From Chiloscyllium plagiosum (lineage: Eukaryota), in assembly GCF_004010195.1 (NCBI RefSeq), contig NC_057749.1:19027538-19091537 (forward strand): a DNA stretch of 64,000 nucleotides, read 5' to 3'. Position numbers and translations under genes: made by a program. Below, one piece after another: positions 12,531 to 25,964 of this stretch. The notes below the pieces were generated by a model. The model worked only from the letters and a program-made list of their open reading frames with translations. It was not told the origin of the DNA and ran no database searches. The number at the start of each line of letters is the position of its first letter. The first letter of the stretch is position 1.

Positions 12531-15500
12531 TTAACTAGGACAGCCAGCCAATCCAGTATTTTGCTTTCCATCAAACCTGCCTCGAGCACTTTGTTACTGC
12601 ATGATTGCTGGTATTTCTTTCTAAAATATTGGTGTCACAAGGCACTACTTGATTTAACTTTTCAGCTTTGTCCAACTAATTTATTGATCGTGTTCAACAT
12701 TTCAGCATCAAATGGTGAGCGTAAAGCAGCTTAATCCAACCACTTTGGTGTAAATGTGCTGCTGTTGCAGAGTTGTGATGCCATCTAGCAGCACCTGTGG
12801 TAATTACACCTATGGTTGGATTAAGATTAGCATTTCATAAACTGATCCTGAGACTGAAACCAAGCACAGCAAGTTTGTCAAGGAGATCTGTGGGTTTGTT
12901 CCCAATGACCAGGTTAGAATGAAATTACTGAAGGTCTCTTAAATCAAGGGTGCACTCAAATTCATCAAAATGCAGTGTTCATATCTCCACAAAAAGGAAG
13001 AAAGCAGAACTCCACAATGTGCTGGTAATGAGAAAGGCAGTTGTGAAGAAACCTGAATCTTTACCACATTGTTTTAGGCATTCATTGGATTTGGGTGTCG
13101 CTGGCCAGGCTAGCATTCATTTCCCACCCTTAATTAGGAAGGTAATGGTGAGTTGTTGCCTTGACCCTGAGCAGTCTGTGTGATATGTGGGCACCCTCTC
13201 AATACTGTTAGGAATAGAGTTCTAGGATTTTAACCCATTGACAGCAACGGAAAGATGGTATAATTTAAGATGGTGTAGGCTTGAAGGGGTAGGGGTGCTG
13301 GGGTTCTCATGCATCTGCAGCTCTTAGTCTTCTCAAGGCTGCAGGTTTGAAACATGCTGTTGGAGGAGAATTGGTAAGTCACTGTACTGTACCTTGTAGA
13401 TGGTACATACTGCTGCCACTGTGCATCGGTGGTGATGGATCTGAATTTGAAGGTGGTGGATAGGATGCCAATAAAGCAGGCTGTTTTATTTTGGATGATA
13501 CGCAGCTTTGAGGGTAACTGGAGCTGCACCCATCCAGGCAAATGGACAATATTGCATCACACGGTTAAGTAACTTTAACATTTAAAAAAAACACAAGGAG
13601 AGCAGGCAGGAGTGTCTCATTACACTATAGGGTCTCCAGCATTATTTTAAAGCTAAAAGCTTGGACAACTCCAACAAAGTGGGGAGAATGGCAGGTGCCT
13701 TTGCTTCATGTTGCCAAACAAAGATGGAATGGACTAGTGTCACTCAGCCAGTGTTCCTAACTGCACTGCTCTAACTGAAAAGTATACCTTTATGCTATAC
13801 TTGCTGAGGAAAAGTATTCCTTTATGCTATACTAGCCTCTGTATCCACTTTTAATATCCCCCTTTAACCAATTCTTTCCAACTAATTTTGTATTTACCTT
13901 CTTTCCCCACCCTAGCACCACTCCATCTTCCACTTTGTCCAGCTTAATTTTGAATCCATCCACATAAACCACTTACTATGCTACTTAAGTAGAAACTTTA
14001 AATGCACAGTTCTCTTTGCATGAGAGCTGAAATGTTCTGAGGGAGTAATTATCAATGCATGCTTACTCTGGCTATTTTGTTTAATAGATGTGGTCAGAAT
14101 CTGAAGACATAATTTTGATTGCACATTTCAAAGGAATGGGTAGTTGAAGGCTGCTTTCCTTTCTCCTCTTCTGTTGCCACCACTAGTGGGATGTCCACTA
14201 GACTCTCCTACATACACCAACCCATTCAATCCCATTACTCAGGCATGCAATTTTAAGTCCAATTCCAAAATTCTCAGGGTTTTTCCACAAATACCACACT
14301 TGAAGTTCACATATTGGTGCATCTTTTGTAAGGCCTGAAGTTCCTCTTTAAGCTTTTTATTAACTGAATTCCAATCATCGATTTTGAGAACCTCTCCCAC
14401 ATCCTGTCACATAAAATCTCAGTTGTTTTTTTTAAAATTATTTTAACTATTTTTCTAATCAATCTGTTCAGATGTTATTACACATCTCAGCAGCAAGTGG
14501 GACTTGAACCCAGGCCTCCTGGTCCAGGCCAGGACTCTACCTCTGTGCCACAAGAGGGCCCCTCAGTGATTTTATTAGCATTACTGGTGCTCATGAGAAA
14601 CTGGATGAAAGTTTTTATTGATTTTAAGAGTTCAGAGTGCTCAAGATCATGTTTCAGTTCCCAGAGATATCCCCAGATCAATTGTGGTTAGATTTTGCCT
14701 ATGGGTTTCTCACATGGATGCTTGGCCACTTACATTGAACAGCATGATCTTGCACAAAATCAACCAGTCCATTGATGGAAAGTGCATCACCACCAGTATT
14801 ACCCCCAAGGGGTTTGAATATTTTAAACCATAAATATGAAATGCACAGTAACTCCATTGAATCTGTCTAATATCTAAAATAAATAAAGACAATCCACGTG
14901 AAACTCCTTTCAAAGATCAGAAAATCTTGGGTTTAGATGGCTGAATACTAGTGAAACACGTTACCTGGTGGAAAACATTGATTTGTATAGTGCTTTTCAT
15001 CTTCACAGACCTTCACAAAGTGCATCAAACAAATTAATTACATTCGAAGTCTGTTTTACAGACAGGAAAATTGTGGACAGCAGACTCCCAAAAACACCAA
15101 TGAGATAAACCAGATACTTTGTCTTGTGAAGCCAAAGTACCTTCATATAATGCCAGGGTATCCTTAAAGACTGCTTGAAAAAAAGAAAACATCTCCATCA
15201 GTATGATATTCCTCGATACAGTGCCGAATTATCTACTTCACTATGTACTTGGATCCTGGGCTGTTAACATTGCACCTGGTTATCTAGTCAGCTTTGTGAC
15301 CTGGAGTAATTAGCATAGCAACTGAAACTATTTAATATGGCTGATCAATAAAAGAAGTACCAATTCAGATAAATGACAACAGTATTAAAAGATGTATTTA
15401 ATTTTTAAAGAAAATTACTGAACATAAATATCATGATTAGACAGGGCAGCTTATTTATCAGAGCAGCAATTTCATAGCTATTTCAAAAGCAAAATACTGC

Positions 15501-15858
15501 AGATGTTGGAAGTCTGAAATGAAACACGAAACAGCAGGAGGAGCATCAGCAGGTCAGGCAGCACCTGTAGTTAGCAACCGATGTAACATTTGAGCTCAGT
15601 GACTGTTTGTCAGAACTTGCCTTCAAGAATGATGAATGTTCATCGACATGATTACTGTTACTACTTTTTGCAGACGCTGACCTGCTGAGTTTTAGCATTT
15701 TTTTATTTTATGTCAGTAATATCATGACATTATCAAATTTTCAGAGTGAACAGGGCCTAATGATCAGAAAGGTTTCCAATTAGATTACCTCCCAAAGTGA
15801 AATCATTCAGTTAAAATATTGGCATTTTGATTAACCTACATTTTTGTTCTTCCTGCAG

Positions 15859-15928
15859 AGGACAGATTACATCAATGCCAGTTTCATGGATGGTTATAAG
15901 CAAAAGAATGCCTACATTGGCACACAGG
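15859..15928 (+). CDS. ptpn9: ptpn9 coding exon: RTDYINASFMDGYKQKNAYIGTQ(G)
   Basis: Pyrimidine tract ttttgttcttcctgcag|AGG, donor G|gtaagc; 70 nt, phase 0 to 1. DYINASF...YIGTQG motifs as in PTPN9. Confidence 0.96.
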
Positions 15929-16004
15929 GTAAGCACTGGGATAATTAGAAAACTTATGGGTTTTCTTTACATTTCTGAATTTTAAAGAGTTGCAATGGAG
16001 TCTT

Positions 16005-16250
16005 AGTTGAAACTTTATTGCTGGAACAGCACAGCAGGTCAGGCAGCATCCAGGGAACAGGATCTCCTGTTCCCTGGATGCTGCCTGACCTGCTGTGCTG
16101 TTCCAGCAATAAAGTTTCAACTTTGATCTCCAGCATCTGCAGACCTCACTTTCGAATCTCCTGTTCCCTGGATGCTGCCTGACCTGCTGTGCTGTTCCAG
16201 CAATAAAGTTTCAACTTTGATCTCCAGCATCTGCAGACCTCACTTTCTCC
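16005..16250. mobile_element. P1 tail fold-back with tandem duplication
   Basis: Perfect 58-bp arms 16005-16062 / 16065-16122; identical 92-bp direct repeat 16062-16153 / 16156-16247; 14-bp TSD TGCAATGGAGTCTT at 15991-16004 and 16251-16264. Confidence 0.88.
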
Positions 16251-17704
16251 TGCAATGGAGTCTTCCATTAGCAAATTGCAGAATCAAAATGTGAGACAAA
16301 TTGTTGACCCAAATTATCCAGAATGATAGTGGTGATGGTCCGAAGTTAATAGAGTTTTCAAATTCTTATTCCACTGTGGCAAGTTCTGAGATTGAATTGA
16401 ATTCTGTTCTCAAGCTGGAAAAATTATTCAGTCTAGCCCTACCATAGTTGTACTCTCAGAATCCTATCCATTGACCAAAAAAAATCACATTCTTTCATTT
16501 TCGGCCTTGGGCACATTGTTAAACAGAATGTGACTTGAGCACAGTGTAGGAAAGAGTCAGGAGTGTTTAGTCCTGAAAATCCTCAGCATTGGCTTCAGAC
16601 CTCCTGAGGTCTCATAGCTTCAAACCAAACCGAAAACCACCTGCTGTTTATCACCATGAACTCTTTTATGTCAAATATCACTAATTCTGAATTAATTGAT
16701 GTGGCTTTCTAACTTTTTTCATAACACAAGAAACAGAAGTTGGAATAAGCCATTCCAGCTGTTAGCTTGACTCCCCTTTCAATAAGATTATGGCTGACCT
16801 GATTGTGACCTTAATTCCATTTCCTTCCTTGTCCCCTCCATAATCCTTGACTGACTTGTCAATCAAAATCTATTTAATTCATCCTTGAATATCAGAGTTT
16901 TGGCAATGTGCTTTGGTTGATCAAAAGCTTTCAAGTCATGTTATCAAGCATAAGGAATATTGTTGGCCTTTCAAGCTGCAGGCTGTCAAAAATTGGATCT
17001 CTACTGCCCCTGTCAGTTTGATTTCACTCTCATCCAAATAAGAGTTATCTCATCAGCACATTTGTAGTATTGAATGCATGCATTATGATATATAAGGAAA
17101 ATAGCAGCATGCTGAGTTCTAAACTGATTGAATTTTGGCTTTGGGGGCTGATTTTCCCATTTCTCAGAAATTGCAAGGGAGAACAGCTTCAATGTTTCTG
17201 ATCTCTGCACAATGTCTGGCCCTAACCCTAGCCCTAATCCTCAGCTATGAAAATGCTCTGGTATCTTTTCACTACCTCATGTCCTTTCTTAAGTACAGTG
17301 CTCAATATTCGACCTAATGCTTGAGCTGCTCACCCTGGTTATTGTGGCCATCAGGCCCACTATCTGATGGCTGAATGTATGGGTGCTACATGAAGTGCAC
17401 TTTCAAACATGTCTTAAGTGGTCATTTAGATGAACAGTGTTTGCTTTAGTGCATAAAATTTAATCTACTGTGACTGTATAGATAACGTTGAGTCTCTTAA
17501 ATTGGTTTTGATTATCTGAGGGAATAGGAGAGGAACTTCTTTGATTTTTTTTGTGCCTCTCCCTGGAGAGTACAAGTTTGAAGATGGGAATGGGAAAGAG
17601 TATTTATGTACTGCTGAGGTTTGAAACAGGACTCTGTTCTTCAGTTGTTAAACCAATCATAGCATTTCCTTTTCAAACTCTCAGCCTTATATTTTCTACC
17701 ATAG

Positions 17705-17783
17705 GACCTTTAGAAAAGACTTACAATGATTTCTGGAGAATGGTATGGGAACAACATGTCCTTGTTATTGTCATGACCACAAG
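17705..17783 (+). CDS. ptpn9: ptpn9 coding exon: (G)PLEKTYNDFWRMVWEQHVLVIVMTT(R)
   Basis: Acceptor ccatag|GA, donor AG|gtaagt; 79 nt, phase 1 to 2. DFWRMVWEQ and IVMT motifs. Confidence 0.97.
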
Positions 17784-18541
17784 GTAAGTGGGATCACTTC
17801 ATTGAGAAACTATACTTAACACAATGCGTAATGGACTTGGCATGTGTGGTTCTTAAGTGTCAACTTATTAACTACAAAGAAGTGTTGATGCTTTGGCTGT
17901 ATGTTCTAAAAACCTTCAGATTTTACTTATTGGTGACAGTTAAACTGTTTGAAAGTGATCTGATAAATTAAGCATTACAACTTATTTGAAAGTAACTGGT
18001 TTATCATTTGTGCCAGTTCTTTGCCATGAATACTGTGAATGGAATTTAGTTTCCACATTTGTTTTATTCTTAATACATGTGAATAGTAGAGCAAAGAAAG
18101 ATGTATTTAAGTGGAGATTGCACTTATTAAAAAGTGAACACTCCATAGAACAGTGTTTTTTCAAACATTATGTACATTTTTACAATTGCTGTTGGCTTAT
18201 ATGTAGACATATATGTATGTGTAAACAATTCGGAGAGTATAAATGTTCCACCTTGCAGGGTGCTTTTTTTCTTGGATCTTTCTCGTTTCTTGGAGGAGTT
18301 CATGATGATCCTGTCCCCCTGGGGTTGCAGTGACTCTAATGGTGCCTGCTGTATAATAATTGGGTACCAGACACACCTTAAGCCTTGGGATCTTAATCTT
18401 GACTATGCAAGTAATTATGAACTGCACTCTTGCTGTTCCCAGTTTATTGGAGGGTGGGGTCATTTTGAAGTGCGGATTTCAGAGTTGATATGAATGTTTC
18501 CTGCTGCACTGCCCCATCTTTTGAATTGAAGATTAATAATG

Positions 18542-18607
18542 TGGCTCTGTGCATCCCACGTCCTGGCTCTGTGCATCCCACGTCCTGGCTCTGTGCATCC
18601 CACGTCC
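18542..18607. repeat. Minisatellite, 22 bp x 3 perfect copies
   Basis: (TGGCTCTGTGCATCCCACGTCC)3. Confidence 0.95.
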
Positions 18608-19535
18608 ATCCAAGGGTTTGCAGGTTTCTCTTTGTTCCTTGAATGGAGGCCTTTTGGTTGGCTTCCTAGTTATAGAGCTGCATTTTCCAGTGATGACTTA
18701 TATTTGCCTCCATGCCTCAAAAATATACTTCCGTGATGACGATTGTGCTGTCTCCCACACGTACACTGAGCCTTCTGTTCTAACTTGTGACAAAACTTCT
18801 TCACAGTCTAATTAATCAAGTGACCTCACCAGACTTGAGCTTAATGTAGTTGCTGGATTCTTGTGTCTTTCCCTTTCTTTGGTGCCCCAGACAACAGTAG
18901 TTTTATTTCATTCAGATAACCTGCTTTGTCATGTAGAATACAGCAGTCTTGCAGTTCATGCAAATCTTGTCCATTTAAACTACTGCACTTCAACCTCGTC
19001 CTCACAGGAGCCTGTGCCTTCGTCTGTCCTCCTTGGATGAGGTACTGCCTTCAACCTCATTGGCAAAGTTGTATCAGTGAAAAATTCTACAGTTACCTCA
19101 ACAAAGCCATCTTCTAACTTGTTCTTTTATGTTGTGCCCAGGTTTGTACCTGTGGCCTTGATGACTATTAGGTAATTTATCAAACTCCACTAACAACAGT
19201 GGCTCCCAAGTTTCTCATTAAACTGTGTGCATGCACAACCTCAAAGCAGCCAGAAAGATACTGGCAATGCTTTGTTTCATGTTACAGTATAAAGGAAACA
19301 TTGGTGAATAAGCTTCAAAAATATTTACAAGTGTGAAAGTCATTATAATATTTCTTGCATCAGCAACAGAACCAGCAACTCCTTTGGAAAGCAGCATTGT
19401 TGCTTTTCTCTCATTCTGCGTGTTTACTAAATATGATACCAAAGTCATTAACCCTCAAGCAAAAAATTGCCTTCAGTAAGAATTTTCCAATGAGTTTGTC
19501 TTAGAGCAGGACTTCCCAAATATCAGAATTCCAAG

Positions 19536-20640
19536 TAGAACATAGAACAGTACAAGCCCTTCGGCCCAGAATGTTGTGCCGAGCATTTATCTTAATCTAA
19601 GACCAGCCTAACCTACACATCACTCAGTTTACAGCCGTCCATGTGCTTGTCCATCAGTCGCTTAAATGTCCCTCATGTCTCTGTCTCTACTACCACCACT
19701 GGCAGTGCATTCCAAACACCCACCACTCGCTGTGTAAAGAACCTACCTCTGACATCTCCCCTGTACCTTCCTCCAATCACCTTAAAATTATGAACCCTCA
19801 TGACAGCCATTTCTGCCCTGGGGAAAAGTCTCTAGCTATCTAGTCTATCTATGCCTCACACTACCTTGTACATCTCTATCAAGTCACCTCTCTTCCTCCC
19901 CCTCTCCAGTGTGAAAAGCCCTAGCTCACTCAATCTCTCTTCATAAGACAAGCCCTCCAATCCAGGCAGCACCCTGGTAAATCTCCTCTGCACCCCCTCT
20001 AAAGCATCTACATCCTTCCTATAATGAGACAACCAGAACTGGACACAATATTCCAAGTGTGGTCTAACCAGGGTTTTATACAGCTGCAGCAAAACCTCGT
20101 GGCTCTTAAACTCAATCCTCCTGTTAATGAAAGCCAAAATACCAAACGTCTTCTTAACAATCCTATCAACGTGGGTGGCAACTTTGAGGGATCTATGTAC
20201 AAGATCCCGCTGTTCCTCCACACTGCCAAGAATCCTGTCTTTAACCCTTTCAGCATTCTGATTCGACCTTCCAAAATGAAACACCTTGCACTTATCCAGG
20301 TTAAACTCCATTTGGCATTTCTCAGCCCAGCTCTGCATCATGTCAATGTCTAGTTATAGCCTGCAACAGCCCTCGACACTATCTACAACACCACCGATCT
20401 TTGTGTCATCAGCAAACTTACTAACCCACCCTTCCACTTCTTCATTCAAGTCATTTATAAGAACTACAGAGAGTAAAGGCCCAAGAACAAATCCCTGAGG
20501 CACACCACTGGTCACTGACCTTTTGGCGGAATACTTTACATCCCCGACTCGATGTCTTATCTTTCAGCCAGCCAATTCAGTATTCAGACAGTCAAATTTC
20601 CCTGTGTCCCATAGCTCGTAACTTTCTGAATAGGGTTAAA
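19536..20640 (-). mobile_element. CR1-type LINE 3' fragment (subfamily with ...tgttctatgttcta tail)
   Basis: Minus-strand ORF WAEKCQMEFNLDKCKV...LYKTLVRPHLEYCVQFW...; KFADDTKIGG upstream. Confidence 0.93.
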
Positions 20641-21529
20641 ACTTCAGTTTTAAGGTTGCAACCTCCAAGTCACCCATGGCTACCATGAATCTTTAACCAA
20701 GTCAAAACATCTGTGCTCCTGGTTGAATAGGCACCTGCTCTCACAACAGCTCACTCCACCAGCTCCCACAGGTCAAACCTCCACCCTCATGGATGTAATT
20801 CCCTCCCTATTGGCATTGTGGGTCAGGTCACAGCAGGTGGACTGCAGTCGTTCAAGAAGGCAGCTCACTACCACCTTCTCAAGGGCAACTAGAGATGGGC
20901 AATAAATGGGGGCCCCTCCTGTGTCCCCACTACCCTCCAACCCCACCCCTGCTAAATACCGTTCTCGTTCTCTCAAGTCTCATTGAGGGGTTCACAACAA
21001 TTTACAAACCTCAAAACAAGATAATGGAGTGAAATAGTTTGGGAAGTACTGTCTTAGTGGATCTTGAAGATGTGATCAGAGATTTGGCTGTTTCCTCAGA
21101 CTTTATTATCAGTCCCTTTGGACAGACCCACAATTAACTGTTCATGTGTGAAATAAAGTTGCTGCACCTGCTGCTACGAACTAGTCTAAAACCAGCACTA
21201 GCAGTTGAAATGCAAATAAGCATTCCATAGGTATTAAACTGAGGCACCCAAGATCAACATCATCAAGTCTAGACTTCACCTTGGCCAGAAGACAGAAAAG
21301 CAATTCAATAGGATGTTTTCTGTTCTGGCAAATTAATGACACCAGTTTTTCAGATTTTCTGAATTATATTGTTAGTCCATTGAACTGTCATAAATAGATA
21401 ATGTGAGCAGAATAATTTATCTTAATCATTGATCCACTAAGAGTGATAGGAACGGACTCAATGGATTGACAATGGGAGCCACTATACTTCAGAACTCTTG
21501 GTTCATGGAAGCAATGGGGTACAAGTCCC

Positions 21530-21865
21530 ATTACAATGAAAACAAGCCCTTCGGCCCAACAAGTCCACACCAACCCTCCAAAGAGTAACCCACCCAGATC
21601 CATTACCCCCACACCAGCACCTGACACCCACCCCAACCAATGCACCTAGCCTACACATCTCTGAACACTATGGGCAATTTAGTTTGGCCAGTTCACCTAA
21701 CCTGCATACCTTTGGACTGCAGGAGGAAACCGGAATACCCAGAGGGAATCCACATTGACACAGGGAGAATGAGCAAACTCCACACAGTTGGCTGAGGCTG
21801 CAATCGAACCGGGTCCTTAGTGCTGTGAGGCCGCAGTGCTAACCACTGAGCCACCGTTCCTCCCC
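21530..21865 (-). mobile_element. HE1-type V-SINE
   Basis: Same head, V-domain and tail as 9735-10046. Confidence 0.9.
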
Positions 21866-22629
21866 TCCCCCCAAAATGATCATTTGTCATTATTGTAAGA
21901 ACATCTGGTGAGGAAAGGGAGGCTCTGTACTGATGCCATGCTCATCAATGCAAAATAACAGGGCTGGAGTGTGAACAGCACCTATTAAATCATCTTGCTG
22001 TGTATCAGTCAGTACAGGGCACCAGAGAGGAGTTAAAAAGCATCTTCAACTATAATCTCCTTTCAGTTGAATTAAAATCTGTAGATGCCAAAAGAACTCT
22101 ATGTAGCAGTGTCTGCCACTTTATTACTTCACCTTGTCCTGAAAGGTAATAATGTGGAAACGTCCACTCTTTCATTGCCTGCTCCTGTGCTGGGGGTGAC
22201 CAACATTGAGGTATCAGTTCCTTCTTCCCTGGCAATCTACCCACTTTGCTGGAGTTGATATGGGAGAGTGCTTTCATTGCCTACGCCTTTCCGATACCAG
22301 ATTGGGTTGGTGTAGCCAGTTACTGAAAGTGTAGGTCCCTCTTGGTTGACTTGTGTTTTGCTTTTCTTTGTCCACAGGACCAGCTGAGAATTGGTTCAAT
22401 GTCAGAATTTACAGTAGTGAGCTATATCCCTGCCCATGGCCCAGTCAGCATATTCAGATCCTTCTTATGGCAATTGCCTCTATTCAATAAATGTATGAAG
22501 TAATTTAATGGCTGCAAACTGTATCAAACAAAAATGGAAAACTGATGGTGCAATATTTCTTTCTATTCTTTTCCTTTTCTATAATTTTGTCTGCATGTAA
22601 TTTTTTTTATTGCTCTATTACTGCTTTAG

Positions 22630-22780
22630 AATTGACGAGAGTGGCAGGAAAAAATGTGGTCAATACTGGCCTCTGGACCAGAACACTCGGGGAAACTATG
22701 GACTGATTTCTGTCAAAAGCCTGGCAGTAGAAAGCTTTAAACATTATAACAAAACAACACTAGAGATTCAGAATGTAGAG
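22630..22780 (+). CDS. ptpn9: ptpn9 coding exon: (R)IDESGRKKCGQYWPLDQNTRGNYGLISVKSLAVESFKHYNKTTLEIQNVE
   Basis: Acceptor ctttag|A, donor GAG|gtaagg; 151 nt, phase 2 to 0. KCGQYWP motif. Confidence 0.97.
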
Positions 22781-23554
22781 GTAAGGGATCATTACTTTCT
22801 GCTTTATCCCTGTTTAAAAATGCTAACTGAACAGTTGAACTGAATTGGCAATTGAACGATTCTTGAATACTCAAGTCTCAGAGCTGCCTTTCAATCCAAT
22901 GTGCTTACTGTTGGTTGACCTGTCTTAATACTTGCTCCCCTTCGCTTTGACAGAAGGGACTAAGAACTGACTCAACCAGTTTGATTTCATTCAGTGTACA
23001 GTGTTTCTTTGTGGGTATGATAGGATTGATGATGGGTGTTGAGTCTTGAATAAGAAAATCTTGCCGTTTGAGCCAGAACGTTAACAGGACACTTGTGCCA
23101 CTTTCATGTCAGTAATAAAACAGAAGCTGCTGGAAATATCCAGCATGTCTTTATGGAGAGAGAAACAGTGATAGTATTTAAAGCTGATGACCAGCTACTT
23201 GGAGCATTTTCTGTGTTTATTTGACTTACCAGCATCTTTGCTATTTTGTGCACTCATATTTGGTTTTTGAAATTAACCATTTCTCAGGTTCAGTACTAAC
23301 CTTTACTACAGTGAATCATCATTGTAACCTTTCCTTCACTTGTTTTGGGCTAATTGCCTCCAGAGTCCTTGATGTATATTGGGTATTTAAAAAGTATATA
23401 ATCATCATTAGGATTTGAGCATCTCCAGCAAAGCCAGCATTATTGCCCAGCCTAATTGGTTCTTGTGACATAGGAATATAGTCAGCCCCTCAAGTGCTCC
23501 ACCATTCTAGATCACCTCTGATTATCTACCTCAATGCCATTTTTCTACAGCGGG

Positions 23555-23660
23555 CGTGAAGAGTAAGTCGATAAAGTGTGGTGCTGGAAAAAGCACAGTA
23601 GGTCAGGCAGCACATGAGGAACAAGAGAGTTGACGTTTTGGCTTAACCTTTCATCAGGGC
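23555..23660 (-). mobile_element. P1 Penelope-like tail fragment
   Basis: Minus strand reads CTGATGAAAGGTTAAGCCAAAACGTCAAC, a degenerate hammerhead-like motif, followed by tgctgcctgacc. Confidence 0.7.
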
Positions 23661-23789
23661 ATGAAGATCCTCCATGTCAAACCACTATAGTCCGTACAGT
23701 GCAAGCATTCTACCCTGCTGTTAGGATGGGAGTCGCAGACGTTTGACCCATTGCTGGTATATGTCCCAAGTCAAGGTGGCATGTGATGG

Positions 23790-24098
23790 GATTCCCTACA
23801 GTGTGGAAACAGGCCCTTCAGCCCAACAAGTCCGCACCGACCCTCCGAAGAGTAACCCACCCAGACCCATTTCCCTCTGACTAATGCACCTAACACTACG
23901 GGCAATTTAGTGTGGCCAATTCACCTGACCTGCACATCTTTGGACTGTGGGAGGAAACCGGAGCACCCGGAGGAAACCCATGCAGACACGGGGAGAATGT
24001 GCAAACTCCACACAGTCAGTCGCCTGAGGCTGGAATTGAACCTGGGTCCCTGGTGCTGTGAGGCAGCAGTGCTAACCACTGCACCACCGTGCCACCCC
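23790..24098 (-). mobile_element. HE1-type V-SINE
   Basis: Near-consensus full-length copy. Confidence 0.93.
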
Positions 24099-25444
24099 AT
24101 TTCTTTTAAATGGAGTGGTTTGGGAGAATCTGTTTACCTTTATGAAATTCCTCCTGAACACTGGAAGATTAGGATGAATCGCTGTGTATGTGAGCATTGT
24201 GGTCCTGCTGATGTAATAGGTTCACATTAGAGGATCAGTAATGATAGTTTGTCATTGTTTTGAAAGCTGAGTGTTTTCCTTTGTAAAATGGAGTGCAAGC
24301 TGGACATTTAGATGTACTTCTGACCCTGAGATTATTATAAGACTGACTTTGCTCCTGTGGTGCCTCACTATGTCAGTGTGCTGCTGCTAGTGAAACTGAG
24401 CCAGAAATCTCCAAACTCACTGACTTACTAAGTTTATCTGATCTCTTGCTGAGAGGCAGTCAGGATCCCAGAGGTGGAAAATGTGAAAACTGACTCTGGT
24501 TCCCACATCTGATCGCCACCCATTGATTCCTGCGGGAAGTGCCCTGTTTTGTTGTGAATAGATTGTTAACAGTCACTGTCCTGTTAAGCACATAGGCATT
24601 TCACCAGGCATGGTGAAATTAGCTAAAAGAGAGAAGAGCTAGTACTTGTAATGCCACCATAAAATAAATTCTAATTGAAAAGAGGGAATAGATCAAATCT
24701 GCCACAGTCTCTTTGGTATATTCCTGTATGGTTTAAAGCAATTTCATAGCTCGAGAATATTACTTTCTTTCCATATGTCCAATTTAGCATATCAGTCATA
24801 TTTTATTGAATGAGAGAACGCGCTTGTCATATGGCCTACTCCTGGCATTATTTCATATGATTGCAGAGTTTTAAAGAAGTGGATATGTACGCTTACGCAG
24901 AATATCTGAAATGCAACCTAAACTGACTGAAGTGTATCCACAAACAAAGTTGTTTGTGTCCTGGTTATTTGACTGATGGTTTAGTTGTGTGTTGAGTGCA
25001 GCAATCCTGATATGAACTTTATCAGATTATGTTGGTTAGTGCAATTTGTTCAGTTAATTCAAAAACTATAAAGCATTGTGAACTTTTAACAGGAGTATTA
25101 TTAAAAAGATCCACTGGCTTCAATCAAGAGTAGGAATTGTCAGCATGCTAGGGTGTTTGTTTCCACAACTTGTTCTCCCACTGCACTCCAGTCTTTCCAT
25201 TTCTTCTGGGCATTGTTCCCTGGCTCCCAGCTATCCTCTGCTGTCCTCTGAAGTGTCTGCTCATCGCCTGAGTGTTTTGTGCAGTGAGTGCTCACAGGCT
25301 GTGCCACTATGTAAATTATTGCATTTAAGCCTGATCCTGTTGAGTTATTCTGATATCTTGACCCATAAACAAACATTTCAGTACTCACTGCTGCCTTGGC
25401 TAATACTGACTGACTGTGGGTGGAACTTTCAGCCTTGTGTGCCT

Positions 25445-25964
25445 CACTATTGGGCAGTACCAAAGGGAAGGTGAACTGTGAGGAGGATGCAAAGATGGTC
25501 CAGTGTAGTTTGGAGAAGTTGATTGAGTGGGCGAATGCGTGGCAGGTGATTATAATGTGGATAAATGTGACATTATTCACTTTGGTCACAAAACCAGGAA
25601 GACAAATCATTATCTGAATGGCGATAGACTGGGAAAGGGGGAAAGTACGGACTGCAGAAGTTGGAGATTAGAGTCGATAGTGTGAGGCTGGAAAAGCAGC
25701 ATGTCAGACAGCATCTGAGGAGCAGGAGAATCGACGTTTCTAGCAAAAGCCCTTCTTCTTGTTGTACACCAGTCACTGAAAGTAAACATGCAGCTGCACA
25801 GATGAAGGAGGTAGCAAATGATACATTGGCCTTCATAGTGAGAGGATTTGAGAACATGGGTGGGGATGTCTTGTTTCAATTGTATTAGTCCTTAGTGAGG
25901 TCACACCTGGGGATTGTGTGCAGTTTTGGCTCCTTACCTGCGGAAGGATGTTCTGACTATAGAG
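25445..25964 (+). mobile_element. CR1-type LINE fragment, interrupted by a minus-strand P1 tail at about 25636-25760; probable 3' end resumes at 27360-27470
   Basis: WANAWQ.../LAFIVRGFE.../HLGDCVQFW-like RT segments. Confidence 0.8.

Noticed and set aside
16005..16250. CRISPR-like or Class II MITE interpretation of the repeat and palindrome
   Set aside because: No repeat-spacer periodicity and no cas genes in a vertebrate intron. The arms match tails attached to GIY-YIG remnants and TSD lengths vary (7-14 bp), which fits PLE retrotransposition rather than a fixed-TSD DNA transposon.
17219..17241. Telomere-like CCCTAA repeats
   Set aside because: Only about three degenerate units, compatible with chance.
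19856..20341. Functional reverse transcriptase genes in CR1 ORFs (also 28016, 32048, 35927 and 54802)
   Set aside because: All copies are 5'-truncated with frameshifts, stops or internal deletions.
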